64,000 nt of DNA from Amoebidium appalachense (Eukaryota; Protista; Ichthyosporea). The first letter of the stretch is position 1, and each line of letters opens with the position of its first letter. The DNA lies in the NCBI GenBank assembly GCA_963693365.1, contig CAVNZM010000005.1, forward strand, positions 10,749,728-10,813,727, read 5' to 3'. This document shows positions 1 to 12,800 of the stretch, one piece after another. The notes under the pieces are model-generated. The model saw nothing but the letters and a program-made list of their open reading frames with translations. It ran no database searches and was not told the DNA's origin. Position numbers and translations under genes: made by a program.

Positions 1-606
1 CAAAAGTCAGAAAAGCTTACCAAGGCCACTGGGGCAGCACAACAACAAACATCTCAAGCCGTAAGCTCCCCTTAACCTGTTCATACCGGCAAATGTCCCT
101 AGATAGTCCATTCAGAAACACAGAAACAGATACAGAAGTGTACGAAATAATGGTATTTCCCCCCAAACCAACTTTGAAAGTAGGTAAGGCATAGACGTGT
201 CGATATCCACAAATTATTCGAGCTTTTTCTATCGATTTTGAGCCGCAATAGAGTTGTTTAGAGCTGTTACAGCTGGCCGGCTGCCGGCCAAATCAATTAG
301 TTCCGGCCCGAAGAGTTAAAGGCAACTTACACGTGAGTTACAGCAGCAGAGACGGAGAGAAAGGGGGGGAGGGGAGAGGGGGGACCTTGGCAAGGTGGTT
401 GTGTGTGTGTGTGAGCGGGGAGGGGGGGTTCCGATGCATGCATTAAAGGGTTGGAAATATGCAAGTGAAGCCATCAAAAGACCAAAAAAAACCAAAACGC
501 GGAAGGGGAGGGGGAGGGGGGAGGGGGGGGGGGGGGCACCCTCTAGAAAGCCACATACAATGGTATAAGATGTTTTACTCACTAACGAAGCACAGGAAGA
601 AAGCAC

Positions 607-669
<63 letters not shown>

Positions 670-1487
670 AAACAAAAAAAAAACACAAAAAAAAACAAAC
701 ATAAACACAACAACAACAACAACAAAAAAAAACATACCCCAAAATTCACACATGCACGCATGCAAACACACACACACACACACACACACACCACATTACA
801 CACACTCGCGCGCGCGTGCGCGCGCAAACACAAACACACACACACACACACACCTTCGGCAAACAAACAAACCAAAAATAAACAAACAGCCCCCTCCACT
901 CCCCCGCCCATTAAAACAAAACAAAACAAAAAAAAAAAAAAAAAAAAAAGGGGGAGCCGAAGTTTGAAAAAAGAAAAGAGTAACCCGAGAAACAAAGAAG
1001 TCGATCTCCAAGAAGAAACCTTTGCTTCCTCCCCCTCCCTCCCCCTTCCCCCCTCCTCCCGCCCCCCCCCCCCCCCCCCCCCTCCTTATCAAGGGGGAAA
1101 AAAATCCCCACACCCATACACACCATCACAACCACCACCAGGTCCACCACCACCACCACCACTGCCACACCCACCCACCTACAACCTCCCCCCCTCCCCC
1201 CCCCCCCCCCCCCCCCTTTCCCCTATCACCGTTCGCCCCTACCCTCCACCTCATAGAAAAACACACATACGCGCGCACACAGGCACATACACGAGGAAGC
1301 ACTACGTCCCAAACACCTCCCCCGACCTACCCGCCGAGCCGTCACAAGACAAATAGGGAGGGAGAAAAAAACATAAGTAGGGGGGGAAAAAAAAGGAGGG
1401 GGGGGCGGGGGGAGGGGGTGGAGGGGGGGTGGAGGGAGAAAAATAAAAAAAAACTAGTAGAAAACACAGCTAAATCCACGCACACAC

Positions 1488-1731
1488 CTGGTCCTGCGCG
1501 CAGCGAAGCCAAGTAGACATTCAACTTTTCTGGATCTTTCAGCGTCTCATACGCAGCACTTATCTCATTAAACCTCTTTTCCGCCCTCTTTTTCTCCTCC
1601 GCGCTCATGTTTGGCAGCTTGTCTGGATGGCAGGACCTCGCGGCCTCCCGAAAAGCTTTTTTGATAGCATTTGGATCTCGCGTGCCGTTGGGAAGACCCA
1701 AAACGGCGAAATAATCAGTTACTCCAGTCAT
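1488..1731 (-). CDS. First coding exon of a host J-domain (DnaJ/Hsp40-family) protein; later exons lie toward the window start and were not resolved
   Basis: MTGVTDYFAVLGL...IKKAFREAARSCHPDK...KRFNEISAAYETLKDPEK is a complete J-domain with the HPD motif; ATG at 1731 and GT donor right after 1488 (cag|gtgtgtg on the - strand). Confidence 0.88.
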
Positions 1732-2801
1732 GCTTATCCTGTCAAAATGTTGTAAACAGCGTTCGCAGGAAACCGGGTTAGAGATGTGACGTTTTGACGT
1801 TGACAAGTGAGAGCGCACAGAATGGTTCACAGAGCATGTGGTGGACTGTAAAAGCAAAAAAAAAATCTCTAACAGCAATAATTGCGCCCACAACCTCTAA
1901 TGAAATTCACTGTAAGATGGCCTGTCGACCCCACACAGGCTCAGGAAAGCCACAAACCAAGGCACCGATGTTTTCAACAGTATATCAGTATGCTCTATTA
2001 TCCTTGTAGGTGTATCTCAAGTGGAAAAGTGTTACATGTAAGACAGAATGAACAGAAAAAAATAAAAAGTCCATATTGGCACTTCAAAGAAGTGACTGTT
2101 CCGCACACAGCCCGGCCCCACACCCCGGATCGGAAGAAACGCGACACAAATCGAACGCCTTAGAAAAGGTAGTCTGGCTCCCCTGAGCTATGAAATATAT
2201 GGGGTGCTTAATCTCCCAATAACGTTTAAGGTTTTTGAAAAATTTGGCTTTTAAAGTAGTCAGTATGGACAAATACATAGCTAAAAAACAATATAAATTG
2301 CTTACATTACTATATAGCACGCGAAACGTAATATTTTGACATCCTACTCTAAGCAGAGGCTCCAGTGCTTTATTGTACTGTTTTAAAATATGCGATAAAA
2401 TGATTTTCATGTAGCCATATAAAAGCTCAAGGGGTTTGTAGTGAACGGCCAAAGCGGCTCACTTCGCTCATCAAAATGCTCGTTTTCATTGGGTTTTTTT
2501 GTGTCCTTCAAAATTTTAAACCCAAGATCCTGAAAATGTAAACTTTTTAATGTTTTTAGGTCATGCAATAAAGAGTCGGCGCACGCGGCATATATCAAGT
2601 TGATTGCCATTGAACAACCCCGGTGACCCACAACGGTGACCCCAGGGAAGGCATTTCGATCCCGAGTCCGGGACACCTTTTTTTTTTTTTTTTCCCCCCC
2701 CCCTGTAAAAAGCTGGCTAACCTTCAAACAACCCTGATCTCGTGCCCTACTTCTGCTCATTCTCCAACCACTATAACGGCGGTTTGGCCACACGTGAGAT
2801 T

Positions 2802-2835
<34 letters not shown>

Positions 2836-2954
2836 ACCCACCCCCCGGAGTTCAGTGTTCTTGTTCCGATTCTGAGTCCCGACGCGCCTTATTTTTATGT
2901 TCATTCCCAAGTTGATGTTGTTGCTGCTGCTGTTTTAGAAGGGATCAAGGGGTT

Positions 2955-2996
<42 letters not shown>

Positions 2997-3015
2997 GAGG
3001 AGGAGAAGGAGGCCT

Positions 3016-3049
<34 letters not shown>

Positions 3050-3794
3050 ATAATTATGCAGGGGGGAGGGGGGGGGGGAAGGGGGGGAAAGGGGGGGGGG
3101 GGGGGAGGAAGGGGGGGAGCACCGGAGGGGGGGGGGGGGGGGGGGGGGGTGAACAACTTCTTTATTGTTGTGGGGGGGGGGGGGGGGGGGGAGGGGGGAA
3201 ACAGTTATGGTCGAACTAACCGTTAAGTTTAATAGGAGCTTCAGGAACATTAGCAACCGTTTAAATTTGGGCGCCAAATAGGCGTTGTTCCAGGCCTGAT
3301 GCCTCTGTAGAGTGACCGTATGATAGTTTTAAATCAGAAAATAATTAAAATGGCAATACGGTATCTAATTTAAACACTGCAGCTGCTCTCCCTACATCCT
3401 AGGGGCCCATATATACTAATAGTATGTTCGGGACCCCCTCCCGCCACTGGGACTCCCTCCTTTTGAACCTCAATGATTGCCACCTGCGCCTACCGCACCA
3501 GTCTCATATCGAGTCCGGATGGGGCCAGTGGGAAGGATGGGGAGAGGGGGAGGGGGGGGGGGGGGGGAGGCCCGGGGGAGGGGGGGGGGGGGGGTGTCAT
3601 CCATGGGGTCCAAAAGGGGGGGGGGGGGGGGGGGGATCGTCCAGACCGTTCAAACCCAATAAGCATTACGGTGGTGGTAGTTCCATGTTGTTCCCGGCTT
3701 TGGTCCAGTCACGTAGCAGTCTACGTGCCCACGGCCACTCACCCAGAATGTGGGATTCAATTTGCTGGTACCCCAGTGGCCCACGGACGATCCC

Positions 3795-3834
<40 letters not shown>

Positions 3835-4194
3835 CTGCGCCCCGCCAAAAAAAAAACAAAACAGTAACTGAAATAAATAAATGTACATCACACACTCAGA
3901 CACAAACATAGATCCCCCCCCCCTCCCCCATCGAAAATAAGCAAAAATCATGATGCTGAATAATAATGGAAAGAATGGAACTACTACTATAGCACATTTA
4001 CACTCAGTCTGTGGTCCCAAGCACCCGATATCTTAAAATCACCGTGCCACTGGAGAACACTATACATAACCACGCACCGTCACACACACTTGGTCACGTG
4101 GCACCAAGCAAATCCTCACAACACCGGTATGCAATACATACACAGACACATTGGCGCACGCACTCACACAAACACATTTCACATACGGAACACG

Positions 4195-4239
<45 letters not shown>

Positions 4240-4572
4240 CTTGAAGTTTGGTGCACTCACCTACCTAGCCGGCCCGGGGTGCCCGAAGCTATACTTCATG
4301 ATCAACCTGAAGTGGCGCTTTGTAAGAAACAACCCTGAGGAGGTGAGCTATAGCAAAAATAAGGGCTTCTACGTGCTCAGTGCATCTTGCGTAACACTTG
4401 TCCGTGAAACATCTTTCAGAACTCAAAATTTCGCAAAAAATAACCGAGATATTTGCATTCGACACAAAGAAGTCCAACCCGCTCCGGCGGCCACAGGCCT
4501 GGGGGGAGGGGGGGGGGGGGGGGGGAGGGGGGGGAGGGGGAGGGGGGAGGGGGGTGGGGTGGGAGGGGAGGT

Positions 4573-4604
<32 letters not shown>

Positions 4605-6167
4605 GAGGGACCCACCAGTGGCCACCACCCCTTCCCAGTAGCTGCTGATTGGGAGGCGAGGGTGCTGGGGGGGGGGGGGGGGGGGGGAGAGGGGAGAGAG
4701 GAGGGGAGGGGGAGGGGGGGGGGGGGGGAGCCTCACTGACGGGGGGGGGGGGGGGGGGACAACCCCCCGGAGCAGGTGCGTCCCTTCCCAGGGCCCCTTC
4801 ATAGTCCACCTCCACTTGTAGTAGGAGGGGGTCCGCCAACTCACTGACAGGCCTTGCAAGGAATAAATCATTATTATTAAGTCTGTGTGTCGGGTATCAA
4901 ATTGACATGGCATTTGCACTCTCAGAGGCTCTATATCCTCTTTCTAAGTATCTCAAATTATCAGGCTCCGTGACATGGTTACACTATTCAGGTACCCACT
5001 TCGAAATTTATTCCCCCCTTCCCCCCCTTCCGCCCCTCCCTTCCCCCCCCGTCCCCCCCCCGGCCCTGGACGGTGCTCCAGCTTGTTATTCCGCACATGA
5101 CCTCCCCCAAAAATGATTCCAACCACCGCACTTGACACGTGCAAAAAAAAGTAAAGTTGGCCATGCATATGTGTAATGGTGCACTCAAGAGCTCGAGATC
5201 ATATAGCATGCTGACACCATCACTACATTTTTTAATTTTTTTTAATCCCGTTTTGTTCCCGGAGGTACCCCTAGGGGCCCACAGGGGGAACCACCGTCTT
5301 CCACCTAGCACCGACAGTACTCTAGCTAGGGTGCAACGATGCTAGTAGCTAAACTAACACACCTATTAGTAACAATCCTAACTATATGTACACACTTTGC
5401 CCAGGGTATCAACCCCAGCCACGCCGGTGGGTAACACCATCACTACTACACCACTGTTGCATGTTGGAATCACCAAGCCCACACAGTGTCACCGCACACA
5501 CGCATAGCAGTCCGCGGCACACGAGAGTAGGGGTGCACGCACTCTAGCCAGCACTGACGCACGCGCGCTTACACACACACACACACACACACACACGCCC
5601 CCGCACGCACATGCACACGCACATACACTCATTATGAGCACACACACACACACAGTATTACCACAAGCACGCATGACGTGCATAGCTGAGCGCACGGATG
5701 TGCCACATGTACGGAACACTGATACAACCACAAAGCACACGTGCAACATACACCTTAGTGCACCCACACGGGACACACACTAACAGAGAGCCAGGAGAAA
5801 ATTTAGGCAGAACTGCAAGCACGACTCGGAGACACTTGTACACATTTGAAACATGCACACACGCACACGCGCAGTCACGGCTGCACAGCGCGCGCGCGCC
5901 TACACATACACATAAACACCCACAAAAACACGCACACTCGGACTCGCAGGAGTTGCCCCAGTGTAATACGCTCAAAACTTTTGTGGTACATCATGCATAT
6001 GATGCGGGCACTTACACATGGCGCACTTCATCCCTTTTTCAGCCTCTCTCTTGCTGTCGGGATCCTCCTTCCCCCCCCCCCCCCTGTTGGAAGTAGAGTC
6101 CGCTGTGACTAGGGTCGTCGTGGCGCGCTTGGGCGCTGACCCGTTTTTTACTGCTTTCAGTGTGTTA

Positions 6168-6344
6168 ACTCCATGACTGAACTCCATGACTGAACTCCAT
6201 GACTGAACTCCATGACTGAACTCCATGACTGAACTCCATGACTGAACTCCATGACTGAACTCCATGACTGAACTCCATGACTGAACTCCATGACTGAACT
6301 CCATGACTGAACTCCATGACTGAACTCCATGACTGAACTCCATG
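6168..6344. repeat. 13-bp minisatellite (ACTCCATGACTGA)x13 plus a partial unit, inside the LTR
   Basis: Direct count; the equivalent arrays have 14 units (7006-7195), 6 (7533-7618), 8 (8278-8389) and 6 (8968-9053). Confidence 0.97.
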
Positions 6345-6907
6345 TCTGCACCTGGCAGAGACGTGGTTTATATACCCGTGGGGCAGCAGTCTGGAATGTA
6401 ATCCGGATGCCAGGCGCTAATCGGATTGGTTACTTTTATTTAGAGATCTCTGGGACCAGTGAACCAATCGTTTGCAGTCAAAACACAATTGGCAACATTC
6501 CTCAACTATGCAGATGTGCATGTGGTGATCGAGTGTCAGTGTGTGTCTGTGTACACGGAACCAATTGTAAAGCTAACATACACATATTGTGGAGTGAGCG
6601 TAAGTCTGCACTCCAACACCCCTACCCAATTGGAGAAGTGTACACACCACTGTAGAGAAGAGAGAGTGAGTGTGGCTGCTTGCAGGGTAGACCGGGGTGT
6701 GCATTCCACTGTGGTGCGTGCCCCGCCAATGAAGTGGAATACTTGACGTTGATGTCGCAGGCTGCTGCGGATGGAGTTTGTGGAAGCGAAAGTCTCTACT
6801 TCACGGAAATACGCTCGCGGGTGTAGGGTACAGCCTAGAAGTCGGGTTCTGGCTCCTCCGTTCAAGGCGTCGTAGGGGACGTGAAGTTAGAGGCCGCGGT
6901 GTCGTGT

Positions 6908-6922
6908 CTGGGCCCATAACCC
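6908..6922 (-). promoter_or_regulatory. Primer-binding site of half-tRNA-iMet type (also at 7701-7715 and 8473-8487 on +)
   Basis: GGTTATGGGCCCAG directly 3' of the LTR end matches the PBS known from Drosophila copia and related elements primed by the 5' half of initiator tRNA. Confidence 0.82.
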
Positions 6923-7473
6923 TGTTGGAAGTAGAGTCCGCTGTGACTAGGGTCGTCGTGGCGCGCTTGGGCGCTGACCCGTTTTTTACTGCTTTCAGTG
7001 TGTTAACTCCATGACTGAACTCCATGACTGAACTCCATGACTGAACTCCATGACTGAACTCCATGACTGAACTCCATGACTGAACTCCATGACTGAACTC
7101 CATGACTGAACTCCATGACTGAACTCCATGACTGAACTCCATGACTGAACTCCATGACTGAACTCCATGACTGAACTCCATGACTGAACTCCATGTCTGC
7201 ACCTGGCAGAGACGTGGTTTATATACCCGTGGGGCAGCAGTCTGGAATGTAATCCGGATGCCAGGCGCTAATCGGATTGGTTACTTTTATTTAGAGATCT
7301 CTGGGACCAGTGAACCAATCGTTTGCAGTCAAAACACAATTGGCAACATTCCTCAACTATGCAGATGTGCATGTGGTGATCGAGTGTCAGTGTGTGTCTG
7401 TGTACACGGAACCAATTGTAAAGCTAACATACACATATTGTGGAGTGAGCGTAAGTCTGCACTCCAACACCCC

Positions 7474-9073
7474 ATTACATTCCAGACTGCTGCCCCACGG
7501 GTATATAAACCACGGCTCTGCCAGGTGCAGAAATGGAGTTCAGTCATGGAGTTCAGTCATGGAGTTCAGTCATGGAGTTCAGTCATGGAGTTCAGTCATG
7601 GAGTTCAGTCATGGAGTTAACACACTGAAAGCAGTAAAAAACGGGTCAGCGCCCAAGCGCGCCACGACGACCCTAGTCACAGCGGACTCTACTTCCAACA
7701 GGGTTATGGGCCCAGACACGACACCGCGGCCTCTAACTTCACGTCCCCTACGACGCCTTGAACGGAGGAGCCAGAACCCGACTTCTAGGCTGTACCCTAC
7801 ACCCGCGAGCGTATTTCCGTGAAGTAGAGACTTTCGCTTCCACAAACTCCATCCGCAGCAGCCTGCGACATCAACGTCAAGTATTCCACTTCATTGGCGG
7901 GGCAAGCACCACAGTGGAATGCACACCCCGGTCTACCCTGCAAGTAGCCACACTCACTCTCTCTTCTCTAGTGGTGTGTACACTTCTCCAATTGGGTAGG
8001 GGTGTTGGAGTGCAGACTTACGCTCACTCCACAATATGTGTATGTTAGCTTTACAATTGGTTCCGTGTACACAGACACACACTGACACTCGATCACCACA
8101 TGCACATCTGCATAGTTGAGGAATGTTGCCAATTGTGTTTTGACTGCAAACGATTGGTTCACTGGTCCCAGAGATCTCTAAATAAAAGTAACCAATCCGA
8201 TTAGCGCCTGGCATCCGGATTACATTCCAGACTGCTGCCCCACGGGTATATAAACCACGTCTCTGCCAGGTGCAGACATGGAGTTCAGTCATGGAGTTCA
8301 GTCATGGAGTTCAGTCATGGAGTTCAGTCATGGAGTTCAGTCATGGAGTTCAGTCATGGAGTTCAGTCATGGAGTTCAGTCATGGAGTTAACACACTGAA
8401 AGCAGTAAAAAAACGGGTCAGCGCCCAAGCGCGCCACGACGACCCTAGTCACAGCGGACTCTACTTCCAACAGGGTTATGGGCCCAGACACGACACCGCG
8501 GCCTCTAACTTCATTAGAGACTTTCGCTTCCACAAACTCCATCCGCAGCAGCCTGCGACATCAACGTCAAGTATTCCACTTCATTGGCGGGGCACGCACC
8601 ACAGTGGAATGCACACCCCGGTCTACCCTGCAAGCAGCCACACTCACTCTCTCTTCTCTAGTGGTGTGTACACTTCTCCAATTGGGTAGGGGTGTTGGAG
8701 TGCAGACTTACGCTCACTCCACAATATGTGTATGTTAGCTTTACAATTGGTTCCGTGTACACAGACACACGCTGACACTCGATCACCACATGCACATCTG
8801 CATAGTTGAGGAATGTTGCCAATTGTGTTTTGACTGCAAACGATTGGTTCACTGGTCCCAGAGATCTCTAAATGAAAGTAACCAATCCGATTAGCGCCTG
8901 GCATCCGGATTACATTCCAGACTGCTGCCCCACGGGTATATAAACCACGGCTCTGCCAGGTGCAGAAATGGAGTTCAGTCATGGAGTTCAGTCATGGAGT
9001 TCAGTCATGGAGTTCAGTCATGGAGTTCAGTCATGGAGTTCAGTCATGGAGTTAACACACTGAAAGCAGTAAA
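7474..9073 (+). mobile_element. Tandem TRIM array in opposite orientation: truncated LTR 7474-7700, internal, LTR 8003-8472, internal with deletion, LTR 8693-9073 (interrupted; resumes 38277-38343)
   Basis: Reverse-complement copies of the 6085-7469 element with PBS at 7701 and 8473 and PPT at 7991 and 8681; the last LTR breaks at GCAGTAAA and continues after the virus. Confidence 0.88.
9069..9073 (+). repeat. Target-site duplication GTAAA (second copy 38277-38281)
   Basis: Uninterrupted LTR copies read GCAGTAAAAAACGGG; here GCAGTAAA|virus|GTAAAAAACGGG. A 6-bp GTAAAA reading is possible if A9074 is assigned to the host. Confidence 0.85.
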
Positions 9074-9544
9074 ACTACAATGAGGGGCGCGGCACCCTGT
9101 GGATGTGACGTCATCAAAGATGACGTCACATCCACACGGTCCCGCACCCCTCAGGATATGGGATATGTGAATATGAGATATGTGATATCTGTGTACACAT
9201 ATCGCGATATGGCATATATGTGATATGGGTGGATATATGTACATGAGCACGTGCACACACTGTGTGTGTGTGTAAAACACGTGCAGAGCACGTGGTATCA
9301 ATTAAATGATTAAACAATTAAAGAGAGAGAGGGCGGAACACGTGTACGCGTACGTGTACGCGTACATGTGGTGCGTACGTGTACACAAGTGCGGATCAAA
9401 GGAATGCGAAGGTTTGCGCAAGGCGTCCAATGGGAATTCGAATTCTGAATTCCATGTACAAGGCGTCCAATGGTATTACGGATGCGCAGGGCGGCCAATG
9501 ATAATTCGGCTCAAAAAAGCAAATTGCCGCACAAGGCGTCCAAT
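9074..9544 (+). repeat. Left terminal inverted repeat
   Basis: Reverse complement of 37846-38276, with a few substitutions and a ~40-bp extra segment near 9431-9470. Confidence 0.95.
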
Positions 9545-9870
9545 GAGCATTAAGGACAGCACATTCCATCCCCAAGGCGTCCAATGAGCGCCCGGATCGG
9601 TCAATCTGGGTCTCTTATTGGACGCCTTAGGTACACAGGCGGCCGCCGCGACCACACACACACACACACACAAACAAACACGTACCGACGTTGTTTTTGC
9701 AAGATGTTTGCTTTGGAGATTTATTGCACAGGCACAGGCTTGTTATTTTGCATGCTGTTCTTTATTGAGGCGTTGCCCTGGCACAGCCAGGATTAGCCTA
9801 GTAATTATTAAGTAGATTAATACTTGAGATTTATAAGATTACAGCCTGAGATCTAAGGTTACATTTCAAG

Positions 9871-12800
9871 ATGTTCAGAGAGAGCCAGGAAGAGTTTGAA
9901 GATGACCTGTTGCGGGCACTGGATGCCGACCCGCAACAGACCCTGCAAGCCCACCCGTTTCTGCAGGCCATGTTGGCCCCACCACCCCCACCCCCACCCC
10001 TCCCCGGCCTCCCCCCCGCCCCCGCCCCCATCAACCACCCCGATGACCCCCAGATCATTGCCATGCCCGCTGAGGGCAACTGGCAGCTGCGTTCCCGTGT
10101 CGATGACATGCAGGCACGGGGACTGGGTGTGCGTGGTCACACCCTCGAGTACCAACCCCTGCGCACCCTTGACGTCACCGAGTTCCCCCAGTTCTTTGCT
10201 GCCATGCTGTTTGATGCCATTGCCCGTGCAGATGTGCAGGTGGGGGACATGCTGATTGTGCGTATCATCAGCCTGCACGTGCAGGCCAACGGTGTGGACA
10301 ACCAGGTGGGGGATGACGGCAACCCCAATGCCGATGTGACCAACCGTCGTGTGTTTACGGCCGGCCCCATGGACGTGTTCAATGGTGATGTCAACGCCGT
10401 GGTGCTCAAGCTGATGGAGAACATACGTCAACGTACCCAGAGTGCAGCCGAGACCTTCATGGACGGCCGATCCAGCGTGCATCTGACAGTGGCCCGGCCC
10501 AAGGACATGGTGAGGAGGGGGGCCTGCGGCACCCTGTCCACCACCACGGGGGTGAATGCACGGTGGCTGCAGGATCTGGTGGAGGCCAAGGCCGTGGTGG
10601 ATGTGACCGCCCTGGTGCAGGATGCCTGCACCACCGACGACCCACAGGTGACCGGGGAGACCCGCCTGGACCACCAGCAGCTTCACGGCTTTGCCTACGG
10701 CCCCAACTGTGCCCAGCTGTGCCTGGTGTACTGCATGGTGATGTGGCTCAAGAAGGCAGCCAATGGCAACGAGCAGGCCAACCTGCCCACCGAGCACACA
10801 CGCAAGGTGCTGGGCAAGGGGGGCAACCTCATGGATCGCAAGGACCACCACGTGCTGTGCCACCTGCTGACCCCGGGGGATGTGCTGGGGATGGGCAACA
10901 ACGGGGGTCAGATCTTCGGGCTGTGGGGTGTGCAACCTGCTGTTCCCCCCCACAGATCCAAGGAGCCACTTCAAGGACCGCTACCTGCGGAGATTGGTGA
11001 GGGCCACCCACGTGCTGTGGGCCAAGTACGGCCTGCCCGTGCCTGCAGAGGACGGCCTGACGGCGGATGAGCTGGGTGCAGCCGTGGATGCCCTCAACAC
11101 GGCCATTGCCGAGCGGCCCGAGTCAGTCACCCGCCTGCGGTTGGTGGTGGTGGACATGGACAGCAAGGGCAGGGTGCTACGCCGGTACGGGGACCTGAGC
11201 ACGGCCCTGCCCCCCGGCAAGCTGTGCACCATGTACATGGCCCACTCCCAGAAGCTGGGGCACTTCACGGCCATCACCTCGAGTGTCAGCACGACCATCG
11301 AGCGCCTGCGGCACGACAACCACACGGGGGAGGCACGTCGGAGCCTCAGCACCTGCTTCCACTGCAACCAGACCGTGCAAGCCAAGAACATGGGGGTGCA
11401 CCGTTGTGTGAACCGGTGTGAGAACTGTGGATCAAAGGGGGACCGCAACGACCAGGCCAACGCCTGTGTGTGGACCCCCGAGCGCCGTCTGCAGCTTGCA
11501 CGGGCAGGGGAGGAGGCATGGCCTTACCGTTGTGACGACTGCTGTGGCCTCTTCCCTTCAGCCAAGTGCATGGCCAACCACAGCACCAGGCTCAAGGGGG
11601 CAGGAGCCGGGGCCAGTGGCAAACGGCAATCCTTCTGCGACAACGTGTTCTGGTGCCGGTTGGCCACGTGCACCCACGGCCTGCAGGGGTACAGGGTGGT
11701 GGGCAGTGGGGATGATGCCCGCAGGGTGTGTGTGTCGGGCAACCCTGCCGGCCGGTTCATCTACAAGTTCAAGTACGCCAGCGTGTGCCGGCTACGTCGG
11801 TTGCACACCGCCCAGGAGCAAGGGGGGTACGATGCAGGTGCAGATGCAGGAGCCAACGACGAGGGGGAGGGCTGGGGCTGGGGCACGGACACGGGGGAGG
11901 ACTCGGATGCCGAGGATGCCGACTCAGCCCCCCCACCCAGCCTTGCCGACTCGTCGGACGACGAAGGTGACGATGATGACAACGGCGATGGCATCGACCT
12001 CATGCAGATGTCTGAGGGGGAGGGGGATGACGGGGGTGAGCACGGGGGCAAGAAGAAGGACGACACGTGGACACAGCACCTGTGCACCGACTACGACTGC
12101 AAGGGCTGTGGGGGGTACATGCCCGGCAACCACACGTGCCTCATACGCAGCAAGCGTGACCAGCGACGTGTGTACATGTGCACGCACACGGATGCAGACG
12201 GCACGGCGTGCGGCAGGGTGGCGTGCTACTCCAACGAGCATGGGCAGGGGGAGGAGGGGGAGGGGGAGGGGGATGGGTCACCTGCACGGCAGAGGGCCAG
12301 GGTGGATGGTGCCGACGGCAGGGTGGGTGCACACGTGTGCAAACGGCACGTGCCCGACGACGATGGCAGCAGGGGGCCGTGGAAGCAGACCCGGCAGCCC
12401 ATCAGGGACATCGTGCTGGACTTCGAGACCATGCCCGTGCCCGCCCCCGACCACACGGCCGAAAACCCCCACTTCATCCACATCGTGTACCACGCCGTGG
12501 CCATGTACGTCGAGCCAATGGACGGCCAGCCCTCAACCCCCATCGTCTTCTGGCCGGAGGACTCGGCCGACGGCAAGAACGGGTGGGATGTGCTGATGGA
12601 GGACCACCACCACGTGATTGACAAGGTGGTGGCAAGTGGCTGTTCGACACACCAACCCATGCCGGCGGCCGGGTGTACTGCCACAACGGCAGCGGCTTTG
12701 ACTTCCACTTTGTGACCAAGAGGGTGGTGGGCAGCCAGGACTACGTGTACGTGCCCATCATGGCCAACAGCAAGATCAAGTCCTGCCGTATACGCCACTA

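Larger units (their letters stand above)
6085..7469 (-). mobile_element. Complete non-autonomous LTR mini-retrotransposon (TRIM, Copia-type): LTR 6923-7469, internal 6619-6922, LTR 6085-6618
   Basis: Two near-identical 534/547-bp direct repeats bounded by TGTTGGA...TCCAACA; on the - strand GGGTTATGGGCCCAG (PBS) follows the 5' LTR and ATTGGGTAGGGG (PPT) precedes the 3' LTR; no coding capacity; flanked by C runs. Confidence 0.88.

Noticed and set aside
2600-2695. tRNA-like TTCGATCCC segment followed by poly-T
   Set aside because: No complete cloverleaf or clear A-box could be built; at most a degenerate SINE
3424-4860. Short complex islands between G/C runs that may be exons (e.g. 4268-4341)
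   Set aside because: No recognisable protein family and no consistent strand or splice chain established
6168-7195. Regular short repeats that could be taken for a CRISPR array or telomeric repeat
   Set aside because: The units are head-to-tail with no spacers, and each array lies inside an LTR
5972-8982. ORFs with MEFSHGVQSWSSV repeats and other TRIM-derived ORFs
   Set aside because: They result from translating the 13-bp minisatellite and LTR; no gag/pol motifs
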